From: Paraphysomonas bandaiensis
Lineage: Eukaryota > Protista > Chrysophyceae
DNA: 64,000 nt
Assembly: GCA_965644295.1 (NCBI GenBank)
Contig: CBFFRP010000406.1
Span: 372,001-436,000 of the forward strand
Direction: 5' to 3'
This document shows, in pieces, positions 36,801-47,003 of the stretch (positions are counted from its first letter, which is position 1; the number at the start of each line of letters is the position of its first letter). Below the pieces are notes generated by a model, which saw only the letters and a program-made list of their open reading frames with translations, was not told the DNA's origin and did no database searches. The translations under genes were made by a program, and so were the position numbers.

Positions 36801-38610
36801 GATGAGTTAGTTTGATCACGTAGCGCTCATCACCTCGAGCGGGAGTATTCAGAAATACTTGCACATCAGCCGATATGTCCGGCTTGACATCCGTATCCTC
36901 CTTTGTGTGAAACGAAACTCTCGTAATCTTTGATCTGGCACATATGCTACAGAGACAAGATTTTTTTAATGCAGTCTTCGATAGGTGCTTCCTCTGCAGA
37001 TTTGAGCCCGTGAACAACATCCTTCTATGTGCCTCCGTTAGAGCCCCTTTGTTGAAATGGCCCATTCTCCTATGCAGCAGTTCCAGCTCGTCCTCACCAG
37101 TCCTATCGCTAAGATTTACTTCACAATTACTCGGTGTAGACACATCTGGAAGCTCCAACAGCTGCTGAGTTGGAACTGCAGTCATTCCATTTTTCATGGG
37201 TCCCTCCAGTACCAGCTCACCGGTATTACAGTCATAAATTTGGATCCCATACCACACCGTGAATCGATAGCCCATTTCGTTCAGCTTACGTCCGGAGCAC
37301 AGGCATCGATTGATCTGATCTGAAATTTCTATGTCTCTCCATGCTCCACGGGAACCCACACTTGTGATATGAATCTCTGATCCCTTCTTAGATCCGTTTA
37401 TCACCTTTGATGTATTCATATGAGTGTCAAGCATGGTCACATCATTCATCAAGAACATTGATGATGAACAGCATGTATCTATGTATGTATAGTGTTCAGC
37501 AGTACCAATCATACAACATGTGTCACTTTTATCATATATATCAACAGCACAGTCATAAAGCATATTCGCTTCGGACTCCGAGTCAGACTCGGTTCCTCCT
37601 CTGCGGATATTCTCGAATGTGAAAACCTTCCCAGATTTCTGGGGTTTCTTGGTCTTTCCAGTCGAATTTCGGGGACATTCGTTCGCGCGATGGTTTTTGG
37701 ATTTGCATACTCTGCATCCTGTATATTCCTTACTGCCCGGTCTTTGTCCCTTCGTTTCCCCCTTTTTCTTCCTACATTGTTCTGTATTATGATTGTGTAT
37801 TATACCTTTCTTCGAGCAATAAGTGCACTTCCTCTTTGTAGATACTCTCTCTTTCTTTCGAGGCTTTTCAATATGATTCAGCTCCTCCGTGCTCTTGCGC
37901 TTCTTCTCTATGATTTTCCTCCCATACTTGGTGTCGTCGAACTGTTCGATACGTTTGGATAGCAATTCATATGGTACATCATCGGGCATTAAATACAGGG
38001 CATAATTCAAACCGTCATATTCATCACTGATAATTCCCTCCTTCAGCCTACTAATTTTTGATTCTTCCGTTACCGTTTGGTTATGCGCCTGAAGTTCACG
38101 AAGAAGCAGCTCAAAACGCAGTACATACTCTTTCGCGGTCTCCCCTGGCTTCATCTCGAATGATCCAAACTGAGCAAGCAGAGCACTAATCTTGTTTTGT
38201 GTTCCCCCTTCAAAACACGATTTAAGAGTGCTAACCATCTCTCTGGCGCTGAACTTATTAACTCTTCCTTCAGCTGCCTTGAACTCCTTGTGCTTCAGAT
38301 GAAACTTCTGCAGCGCCTTCGGAGATCGCTTCACCGCCTCTCTGCAGTATGAGTAGGCAATTGCATTCGCCTTCCAATACTTGTCCACCGCTTCTTTGTA
38401 GGACTTGGTCTCAAGACTATTCAGGGGTTGAATTCCGAAATCCTCTTCCTCTGGTGGCCTTTCTAGAGCCACCTCACTCTGCTCCTTTCTCATAAGGAAC
38501 GTCTCAAAGTCTTCGATCCATTGTTCAACGTTGCTCTCGTCGAACCATGGAACATCAGCTCTATCCTCCTTCTCTCCTCCGCATTCGCTACCATATTGAC
38601 TAAAGACCAT
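33892..38610 (-). CDS. Copia Gag-Pol polyprotein
   Basis: Gag with knuckles CTYC-x8-H-x4-C and CRVCKSKNHRANEC; protease YIDTCCS; integrase HRRMGH...CSIC, ISADV, HADGAGE, NAVEER; RT YKARLVA, QLDVSSAF, LYGLRASPRQW, YVDD; RNase H FSDADWAG, ADIFTKAL. The first ATG is at 38610. Confidence 0.97.
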   Translation of the reverse strand: MVFSQYGSECGGEKEDRADVPWFDESNVEQWIEDFETFLMRKEQSEVALERPPEEEDFGIQPLNSLETKSYKEAVDKYWKANAIAYSYCREAVKRSPKALQKFHLKHKEFKAAEGRVNKFSAREMVSTLKSCFEGGTQNKISALLAQFGSFEMKPGETAKEYVLRFELLLRELQAHNQTVTEESKISRLKEGIISDEYDGLNYALYLMPDDVPYELLSKRIEQFDDTKYGRKIIEKKRKSTEELNHIEKPRKKERVSTKRKCTYCSKKGIIHNHNTEQCRKKKGETKGQRPGSKEYTGCRVCKSKNHRANECPRNSTGKTKKPQKSGKVFTFENIRRGGTESDSESEANMLYDCAVDIYDKSDTCCMIGTAEHYTYIDTCCSSSMFLMNDVTMLDTHMNTSKVINGSKKGSEIHITSVGSRGAWRDIEISDQINRCLCSGRKLNEMGYRFTVWYGIQIYDCNTGELVLEGPMKNGMTAVPTQQLLELPDVSTPSNCEVNLSDRTGEDELELLHRRMGHFNKGALTEAHRRMLFTGSNLQRKHLSKTALKKSCLCSICARSKITRVSFHTKEDTDVKPDISADVQVFLNTPARGDERYVIKLTHHPSRMFWVKGVNQRTKEEVIQFFREVFEGEIRQYKLRVDHYHADGAGELINQELRSYLRSQGCYKHTWSSTDSPEMNAVEERKFRTASEMALAMLLQSGLPVPFWLDAYHAARYTLIRLPTRTDRGYMSPYEYVTGQPPSLKYFRVWGCKTYILTPKADRRKDWDDKSKIGYLVGYSEDKVGYQVYLPATDKVITCVHILTDESIPSRTEEYYAEIDALRVRTAPRPKTVNDYQHLVKTFHIDDEDGLLYKTTRVVERKGVIVGYRSLVTAGRTHIEQKVPIHIEDVQVMTRNTPGYTGYTGTRDASSTTDGRSTSTIPAPESHQEQLVNHGISQGAPDEDMTQGVLDADAAQGEPDRAVKQGVPEYTDTINSNSTNTLQRVSKRDAEKRKRLRRRLANASVLGEINMIEVMDADVNVMDSEESTENKHVHEPNSFLEAERSPQAEEWRTARRIEKKALLRRGVLKIVRRPSGVKLIRCKYVHKLKRDILGNIQKYKARLVALGNLQEKTEEEPSTFAPVVKGITIRLVIAIAFMFHMHVHQLDVSSAFCYANLDEDVYMYPPPDEELSNGWCFKLIKALYGLRASPRQWNRHIDKFIKSMQFRSCVLDTCLYYRWHQGKLTLLLLYVDDIIIASVDFEFLVFVKNKFCQTFEMRDMGECQSFLNIRITRGEDWFKLDQSQYAEKVIQKFNHVMGNSRKNKEAPLPSNAQELLAAERELTSEQEDWVSKFPYRSIIGAILYLALHTRPDLAYAIGLLSRYSSNPTYASCRLAIHLLKYLRGTTSKGIKFSGSKFDLHVFSDADWAGDILTRRSTTGYIVFLCAGAIAWQSKLQTTVATSSMESEYMAEYAAMQELVWLRGVLRELGLALTKPTPFFMDSKSAKDLSENPVYHKRSKHIQIKYHWVREHVNGRFPTARLIHVSTKDMAADIFTKALSTKLFKLHEETITGEKRSISNEVEKNQKKRFKKG
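38581..38593 (-). promoter_or_regulatory. Primer-binding site TGGTAGCG..., compatible with an initiator-Met tRNA 3' end
   Basis: Directly follows the 5' LTR. TGGTAGCG is also the start of the yeast Ty1 PBS. The host tRNA sequence is not available here. Confidence 0.75.
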
Positions 38611-38914
38611 TTTCAGATGATTAAGATCGTTGTAAGAGAAGTTTAAGTTAGTCAAACTAGATAGATTACTTTATTATGATTGTATACACAATTGTGTGTG
38701 TTGTCATGTAGCACATGTCAACAACATGATAAATTATTTCGTTCATGTTAACCACTGCTCAACTTCCGTATCTTGAATCGTCATGATATAATACTTCAGT
38801 TTCACAGTTATAGCTATATAGCACCTTTTGACTATTGACTACGTATTACTGTTTTTCACATTGTATTTAACGTATTCTACAGTACTATCTTAGAGAACCA
38901 TACGTATTCCAACA
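38594..38914 (-). repeat. 5' LTR
   Basis: Identical to 33405-33725 and followed by the PBS. Confidence 0.97.
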
Positions 38915-39840
38915 GGTACAATTACCGGATGACTTGAAATTCTTCCAATGTGTGTCAATATAGAAGAACACCAGCGGCCTCGACAAGGTTCGTACTTATG
39001 TTTCACGAACTCGTCACAAGACTCCCGACTGTCGAGCGTCATCTAGGCAACAATGCTGCTATTTTTCATAACGCTGCTTCGAAAAGGCAGTCGTAAAGAT
39101 TAAATATGGCAACAAAGCCTTTTTTTACGCGGACGTCAAACGTCAAAGCATTGAATTAGTAGCAGTTGAGCTAATTTATAGATACTTGAGTACGTAGTGT
39201 TGTATCAATTGAATTGCAATTAATTTCAATTAATGAATTGGGACAGCAAGTAATAATTTCAATTAGAATTGACTTCAACCTGCGTCAATTAATTGTTACG
39301 CAGCCCTGCTCACCATTCAAATATATCTATAGTTGATATGGCTACTTCATATAACACTGTTTGTAGATACCTTATTATACAATTAATGGCTATAATTCAA
39401 AACCTTAGAAATGCAGCTTCTAATTGCTAATAATAAGACATTCACTACTTGTCAATTTATCGCATAAAATAACATGAAATGAGTTTAACAAAGAAGTGTA
39501 CTTATTACATACTGATGATCGCTAAATCAAAAGAAAATACATACACATAAGCGCCTATATTGTAATAACTCTTTACAAGCCTACTAGGAAACTAACACAG
39601 AAATCTTATCGATCAATGACATACGAAAACTGTAACAACGCAAGCACTGGTAGTGCATCTAGTGTCGTCTTTCATGAAACACATAGCAACATGGACCAAG
39701 AAGAGGGGTAAAAAAAAGTACCGATAAAAACACGGCAAAACACAATACGAGAGGGAAGGAGTGCACAGAATCACAGGTCTATTGTAAACAGGACTCATTT
39801 GTACATCTCCATGTAACTCTAATATCACTGCAACATACAT

Positions 39841-40362
39841 TCACAAAGTGCGACGAGCATTCGCAAATTCGATGATGCAATATTTAGAAGGCAGTATGGC
39901 TTTTGAAAAGGAAATGAATCTGCCGAGGAGAGATTTCTGTTTCTGTAATTTGGTTTCACAGCTTCTGATAGCAGTTTTCCACGCATCCATGTGATTTAGT
40001 TGAGGAGGGAGAAGTCTGCAAACTTGCTCAATATGAAGAAAAGCATGCTGTTGTGACATAGCTTTCTCGGGCATGTGAAGCATAACATATGAGAGCAGGT
40101 CGGATGATGCACCTTCGGATAATGATAACGAAAAATTGCTCTCCAACTGGCTCTTGAGGTCAAAATCCTCTGCAGAATGAAAGCACGCATCGCATAGAAA
40201 CACTAATATTGCATCTCGCTCTCGAGGAGGTAGGCGAGATAATCCCAAGAGAGTTTGATACAAGACCCGCACGTTAGCTATGTCTCTATAATCTGAATAC
40301 TTGAAAGGGGTTTGTTTGGTCATTTCAAGATAGAAACAGCTGTAGTAGTAAACACGCAACAC
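39841..40362 (-). CDS. Hypothetical protein, last exon or gene fragment
   Basis: 173-codon ORF. Possible upstream exons to about 40790 could not be joined convincingly. Confidence 0.4.
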   Translation of the reverse strand: MLRVYYYSCFYLEMTKQTPFKYSDYRDIANVRVLYQTLLGLSRLPPRERDAILVFLCDACFHSAEDFDLKSQLESNFSLSLSEGASSDLLSYVMLHMPEKAMSQQHAFLHIEQVCRLLPPQLNHMDAWKTAIRSCETKLQKQKSLLGRFISFSKAILPSKYCIIEFANARRTL

Positions 40363-41441
40363 ACTGAAGTGAGCTTTAGATCTAGCCCTTGTTCATATAG
40401 GGTAATATTGACATAGGTGTAATGGCCTGGAGATGATAATGGAAACTACAGACAGCATGAGGCTGCGTTGCGTCTATTGATCTGGTTGCTGGGACTGCTC
40501 TCCATCACATATCTATATATACACATACATACGTGTGACTGGAACTCTATAGAAGCTCATGCGAGGGATGGAAGGGAAGACCTCGTACTCACCAGCACCA
40601 GATACTAGGTGTAACCGTTGAAAGTCATACTCACGAGCACCAGATCCAGTACCGCCATACAGTATTCCACTGTATTTCGCCTCTATCACTCCACAGTAGC
40701 AGTGTATTCAGTGGATAGAAGTACGCATAGGTATACTCTGAAGTGTCCACTGGTCTCTTCATTCATATCCGTATGATCGGCCATGATATCGCAGGTGGAA
40801 GAGACTTGTTGCTAGCTCATGATGATTGCTCCTTATCAGGAGGATTGTTTACAAGGCATGCATCTCCTTTACTGAATTTATGACTGACTTCAGAGCATCA
40901 GCGTATCAGTATATATATTTGCCATAGTGCTACAGCCAGGCGTCAGTATTTAGAAAGTAAATACACCATAATTAGTTTTAAAAAACTAGTACCTGGCAAA
41001 GCTATTACAGTCCCTTATACCACAGGCGCTCACAATCGAAAGCTTCAATTATTTGGCTATATTTTTATTGAATAAGTGGTGGAGTTAGAGATATATAGAA
41101 CGATGTATTGGATAGCGCAGCCTTCGACAAAGAGCCAGCGGAATTGCCAAGGAGATCTCCTGATCTTAGACTGAGAGATTTGAATTACTGACAATATTTT
41201 GATTTAATTCTTTGGCTTGCCAACGAGGTCTCCTGATCTTAGACTGATTAGGATAACTGATAAAATTCTGATTATTACTAGTGGATCATGCACGAGTAAG
41301 TAGGGATCATGCACGAGCAACGTATCTATTAAACCATATTTTACTTGAAGATATGTTGCGTTAAACTCTTTCTCAACTAAAAGTATGCATTTACATCACA
41401 TATCGCTGAGATGTGAGTTGTGTATATATGCTTCCTGCATT

Positions 41442-42632
41442 TAGTATGAGATATATGATATATTATTCAACCTAGTCAATTTGGTTGAATTTCCTAGTCA
41501 TACTATTTTCGGTGTAAAAACCTAGTCAAAGCAATAAATGACTCAACCTAGCCAATTATAGTATTAAACCTAGTCGTTCTGATATCCATTGATTACACAT
41601 TGTGACTGTCTAAGATACCCGCACACACCACACAACATATTGATGATTCGGAGAGCATCACAACAAACATAGCAATTAATTCATATATGCATATCTAATA
41701 TCTACTTAACAGTGTATGTGTATGCACTATCTATATAGCTATATAGCTTATTAGTGTACGATGGGTCCCTTATTCAGTGTTATTAGGAGGAAGAGTGGTC
41801 AGTGAAGCTGTGCTGTGGACATAACCCCATGAATATACAGACACCTGGAGAGCTTCATACGCTATGAGTGAGATCGCTTATCTTCCTTCACTTCACTTCA
41901 CGACAAGCGACTTGTTGAATGAGCGACTGCATTGGCTTCCAGGAGGGCATGAATACCCCATGTTTTCAGACCGATTAAGAAAAAAGAGGGGTTTTCATGA
42001 TGTCACAAAGTCTGTATATTTGTAGAAACAACATCACTGAAATGGACTGCCTCTCCAGGAGCAGATCAAACGATGAGGAGTCTGTCGTACAGTGTACAGT
42101 AGAGCCCTTTAATCTCTCTGCCACGGGATGGATCACTGGCAGTCTCCCTAAATAGTCTCTTGATGCTCCGGTTGTGAGCTGTACACTGCAGTGGTTAACT
42201 CTACACTGCAGTGGTTGTGAGCTGTTATCGTCAGGAAACATTATTGTGAAGCTCCATTATGCCTGACAGAATTTGCAGTAGTCCTTGCAATAATTCGAGT
42301 ACTTGGAGATGTGTATATGCTTGGATAGGTGCTGGTATACAAGAGCGAGAAAGTGATTCGATGGCTGCGTCGGTTCTCTGATGCCCCTGATGAGATATTT
42401 GTCCATCCTAAGATACGATGCTGAAATATATGATGTACATTGCATGCATGCAACGTTTGCTAGAGTATGCTCCCACGTTTGACTAGGTGAATACCCTATT
42501 CCACCTAGTCAACCTATAGTCATTGTAAAGTTAAAAATTAAATTATTATTTAATGACTAGGTTTTTACACCAATTTTGGTGTGACTAGGAAATTCCACTA
42601 AATTGACTACGTCGAAAAATAGATCCCATCTA
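41442..42632. mobile_element. Non-autonomous TIR element (about 1.2 kb) with CCTAGTCA subterminal repeats
   Basis: About 75-bp imperfect inverted repeats (41461-41538 vs 42543-42620). At least 10 CCTAGTCA/TGACTAGG-like motifs cluster at both ends. No TSD recognised. Confidence 0.7.
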
Positions 42633-42641
42633 GTATTAATG

Positions 42642-42937
42642 TATTGGCTATTGAACATATTTAATTGCCTTGATCGTGAACGGAAAGATAAGTTGTTAGA
42701 CTAGATAGATTATTATTATTGCATAGGCAAATTTGCATTGTCGTTTAAAACACATCAACAGCATAATTCTATACTTCTTTCGTAACAACCTCTGATCACT
42801 TCCGTATCTTGAATCGTCATGATACTTCAGTTTCACAGTTATAGCTGCATAGTAATTTTGACTACATATTTCAGCTTTTCGTATTGTATTTAATGTATAC
42901 TACAGTTATATCTTAGGGAAACATACGTACACCAACA
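42642..42937 (-). mobile_element. Solo LTR of a diverged sister family of the intact copia
   Basis: Shares ACTAGATAGATTA, ACTTCCGTATCTTGAATCGTCATGATA, TACTTCAGTTTCACAGTTATAGCT and CATACGTA..CCAACA with the intact LTR. Perfect 5-bp TSD TAATG (42637-42641 and 42938-42942). Confidence 0.93.
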
Positions 42938-43227
42938 TAATGCCTCCTAGACAGTTCATACCTTATGACGCTGACATGTAGAGCACGTACTACGATATCA
43001 AGGCTGGTACACATTCCACATTCCACACTGTGTTACAGGCTTCACTAAATAACTTATTCGTATTATACATTATACATTACATACTCTCATGTATAACATA
43101 GAGGAAATATTCTGAACTGAAATACTGATTAAAAACTCTAAAATATATCACAACTAAAAAAATGTGGTCGCCATTAGCAAGGGTACATAAATAACATATT
43201 CAAACCTAAAGCAACGAAAGATTCTCA

Positions 43228-43875
43228 TCATGGCCAGAAACATTTCTCTGATGGTGCATAAATCGTAACCATCTCCAGTTCTTCTGGTAGATGATATTGT
43301 TGTTGTTTCTCACCATCCAAGTTGAGTGTAGACAAATCGCTACAGCAAAGGGAAGTCTGGGAAGGCGCCCTACAATTGGGCATCAGAATTATGAGAAAAA
43401 GAAAATTCAAGCTCCAAGCACCAGTGGTACATACATGAGCTCCCATTTTCTCCTTCTGGCAGTTTAAACAAAAAGCCATCAGTGGTGAATAAAGAGCAGC
43501 TTTCGTTATCATGATGCATGATAGCGTTATAAAGCACATCAATATCATCACTATGCCCTTTACTAACTATTTCCTCAATTAAGTCAGCATTAATACTTTC
43601 GATTCGGCGACGTGGCAATCCATTATCAGTTATATGTTCTGTTTTTCGTTTGGAGGAAGATGACCTCCACACTTGTGAACAACTGTATGGTGTGTATAAT
43701 TACCACATGTCAATTCTATTTCAATGTTAACGCAATCGCACCTGTTTCCCTTTCCGTATATTTCTTCAGAATACTTGGGATTCATTACATTTCCACAGGT
43801 TGGTGTCCCCAGTCTCCGTGTTAACTCAGCCGGAGCACAATCATCATGAAAATCATTACTTTCATACGAGTTCAT
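43228..43875 (-). CDS. Small hypothetical protein, probably spliced
   Basis: Adjacent ORF segments 43875-43795 and about 43690-43375 with plausible splice sites. The 3' end is uncertain. Confidence 0.45.
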
Positions 43876-44541
43876 TTACTTCTGTAGCAAAAACTGGGGA
43901 TTCTCAACATCTCCAACTAAGGCACACTGAAGAAAGAGGGCTTATCCGTCACTGATAACGTGGCGATTAGTATGGTATGGTACGGTACAATGATACATAG
44001 TCAGTGAATATGCAAAAGATTCGTACATTGAATCAATGGGCTACTATTCCTATTCAATTACTAGTAGGATACTCAAGTTACTATTGAGGAGGATACACTT
44101 CTACTTCGACTTCATCCTGACGTATGCAATATCTAGATATCCATGAATATCCGGACATGCGATCAATAGAGTGAAAGTTAAGTTGAAAGTGAATGATACC
44201 TTCAACGTGTGCACACTCCATCCACGAAGACTGACAAGACTGAAAAAAAAACAGACAATTCTCCACAAAAATACAGACTACGAAGGAATTCCTAGCTATG
44301 TATTCTGTAGGGATAGGATTGGAATGAGATATCTAGCTCTCAAAACGGTGTTTTTTATCCCAGGCTGCAATAAAACCCAATATTTTCATACTTGATATCT
44401 GGATATTGCAAGAGGTGACCGTTTAAAAAAAACAGAGTTTGTTGACTGCATTGATCATCCACACCTTCTTGGGAATCTTGATGGAGGGTATGTAGAATGT
44501 AGCTGCTCCACGAAAAGAGACAAAAAGTCACCAATAGTGCA

Positions 44542-47003
44542 ATGTGTGATGAGGTGCTTCTTGCTGCTGGCTGGTCTCCTAGTTCCCTTGCGAAAGCGAT
44601 GTCGCCAGTCCATTCTGATAACTTGCACACTGGAGTTCAACTGCATTCTTCGAATAGTCTGGAATTAAGTGAAGCAGTAAACCATGATAAACTACTTAAG
44701 AATGCAGGGTGGTCGATGACAGATTTACTTTCAGCTCTGTCTCCTCAGCACTCAGGTACTAAGCGCCCCACAATGTATCGCACACCGAAGAGTAGCAGTG
44801 AAAAAGTGAATCGCCCCAAGAAGTGCATAGATACAAAAAGTACGCCGAAAACAGATGAAAATACTGTTGTAGACTTAACAACGCCTCCAATTCTCCGCCA
44901 TAGTGCTCCAGTTAATCATGAAAATGACATGGATCGCCTTTCAAGCACACTCTCACAACAGTCAATCAGTGGAAAAAATATATTACCGAAAGAAAATAAA
45001 TTAATTTGCACAGAAACTACATCTGATGTTGTTGAATCGTATGAAAGATATTTGGATGAACCTCTTCCCAACGGCTGGCGTTTGTATGACTTTCAGAAAG
45101 AAGCGGTGAAAAGATGTCTGCGTCCAGAGCGAAGTATATTAGCATTAGATATGGGGTTAGGTACAAACATAAATTAATGAGATTCGTGTACTAACTTTCA
45201 ATATAGGAAAGACAGTTATATCACTTGTTTGGGCTAAGATATTATGTACGAAATATCGACATGATAATTTCAAAGTTGTCGTTATTGCGCCCTGTACTCT
45301 GATCCCGCTGTGGACTCGAGAGGCTACCGCAATGGGATTCGTTTGCCAGAACAATGACAACTTTTCAAGAGGAAACGTATGTTCTGAGACAAGACCTAGT
45401 ATGATATTATATTCATGGGCTAAAATTCCTTCTGTGCATACTGTTTTACAACTGAATAGCCACTCTGTCAACAGCTGTTCGAAATATTTGCTCATATGTG
45501 ACGAGGCCCATGCCATGCAATCGCTTCAAAGTCAGAGAACACGGGCGTCGTTGGATCTATGTTTGCATAAACTGTGTGCTGGTCTTATTTTAGCAACTGG
45601 AACACCCATGAAGAACGGTAGACCAGTAAATATTATTCCACTCCTCATTGGCATTCGGCATCCGATAGTAAAAAATAAGTTGGAATTCGAGAAGCGGTAC
45701 TGCAATGCACGTAAGACCAGATATTGTAACTGGGACACGTCAGGAGCTACACATTTAGAGGAGTTACAACAAAAGATTGGTCAATCCTTGATTAGAATGA
45801 CAAAGGTATGTGCACAGTATCTATGTTTCATCCCCAATTCGATGTGCATTAGGAGGAGTGCTTAAAGGATCTTCCTCCCCTTTTACGCGCACGTGTGTGC
45901 ATTGAATTGCCCCAATCTGTTTTGGATGAGTACAATCGTATTATCTCGCAGTATAAAGCTGACAAAGCACGAGGAAGCAAACGATCATCCAGTGGACTGG
46001 AAATGATGGCAGAACTAAGACAGCTCACTTCTTCTGCGAAGGTATATCTATGTTTCTGCTGCCCTTGAAATAATTTTGATCAAGGTTTCGCACGTTGTCG
46101 GCTTTGTGAAAGAATTGCTAAACAAAAATTTTTCTCCCATCGTAATCTTTGTTTGGTTTCGAGAAACAGCACTAAAATTAGTAAGAAAACTATCAGAAGA
46201 AAGCGTAAACAGTAGTAGATGTGACGCTAATTTACGTTGTGCCTATATCAGTGGTGATATCACAAACCAACAGGTAAGTGACAAATATCATGTTATTTAT
46301 TAATCACTAATCACTGTATAATAAAATAGGCAAGACAAGGCATTGTTGACTCTTTTCAGAATGGGAATTTAGATGTTGTTGTGTGTACATTTGGTGTTGG
46401 TAGTACCGGTCTCACTCTGACTCGAAGTAACACAGTAGTTCTTCTTGATAGGCCATGGACCCCCGGGGATGCGAGACAGGTATAAATTTATGCGATACTA
46501 TTAAAATAACGTTCTCCAATAAGGCTGAGGATCGCGTTAGAAGAATTGGACAAACTGCTTCAGAAGTAAAGAGCTATTGGATAGCTGGATTCGATATAGA
46601 TGATTCACTAGATAAACTATTGCAAAAGAAAAATTCAAACTCTGACAAAGTTATTTCCGGTGAATCTCTGCATTTTTGTTAGAATATATATCACTCATTT
46701 ACTATTAGGTGATACAACATCCGCAAATTGGTTTCAAGATATACCTCCTATGGATAGGCAGTGTCTCCCTGACAGAAGAATGAACCGAGCCCATTTTTAT
46801 TCCTTAAATAAATTTGGGAACAAAAAAGAAGACAGCATATCTCAGTGTAGAGGTAACCTGTTATTATTATACACGTTGTTGCGTTAATGTAACTACACAA
46901 AGGTACTCAGCATGTATGGTGTGGAAGATATGACAACGACGAGAATACTTTAAGTGTAGAATCCAGTATTATGAAAACTGTTCTTAGAGAGATTGTTGGC
47001 TAA
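44542..47003 (+). CDS. SNF2-family ATPase, SMARCAL1/ZRANB3-like, multi-exon
   Basis: LYDFQKEAV, ILALDMGLG|KT, ICDEAH, LATGTPMKNGRP, GLTLTRSNTVVLLDRPWTPG and Q|AEDRVRRIGQ. Introns include 45161-45206, 46042-46084 and 46480-46523. The 3' end is approximate. Confidence 0.9.

Larger units (their letters stand above)
33405..38914 (-). mobile_element. Intact Ty1/copia LTR retrotransposon (5510 bp)
   Basis: Two identical 321-bp LTRs, 5-bp TSD GGTAC (33400-33404 and 38915-38919), PBS, PPT and a single gag-pol ORF in PR-IN-RT-RH order. Confidence 0.98.
32949..39308 (+). mobile_element. Decayed hAT-like transposon interrupted by the copia insertion
   Basis: Transposase-like fragments on both sides of the copia TSD: LRTLKNASKLRK (33217-33253) and MFHELVTRLPTVERHLGNNAAIFHNAA (38998-39080). 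hAT-like ends TAGAGTCTGGTAGCC (32949) and GTTACGCAGCCCTG (39295-39308). No matching TSD found. Confidence 0.5.

Noticed and set aside
34031-37962. Alternative-frame and antisense ORFs inside the copia (e.g. 37492-37962, 156 aa)
   Set aside because: Explained as shadows of gag-pol; no env-like or independent features.
38611-38655. ORF-track start of Gag-Pol at TTG 38655
   Set aside because: Bacterial-style start call; the first ATG is at 38610.
41461-41580. Regularly spaced short repeats resembling a CRISPR array
   Set aside because: 8-bp motif, eukaryotic context, no cas genes, and mirrored at 42.5-42.6 kb as transposon subterminal repeats.
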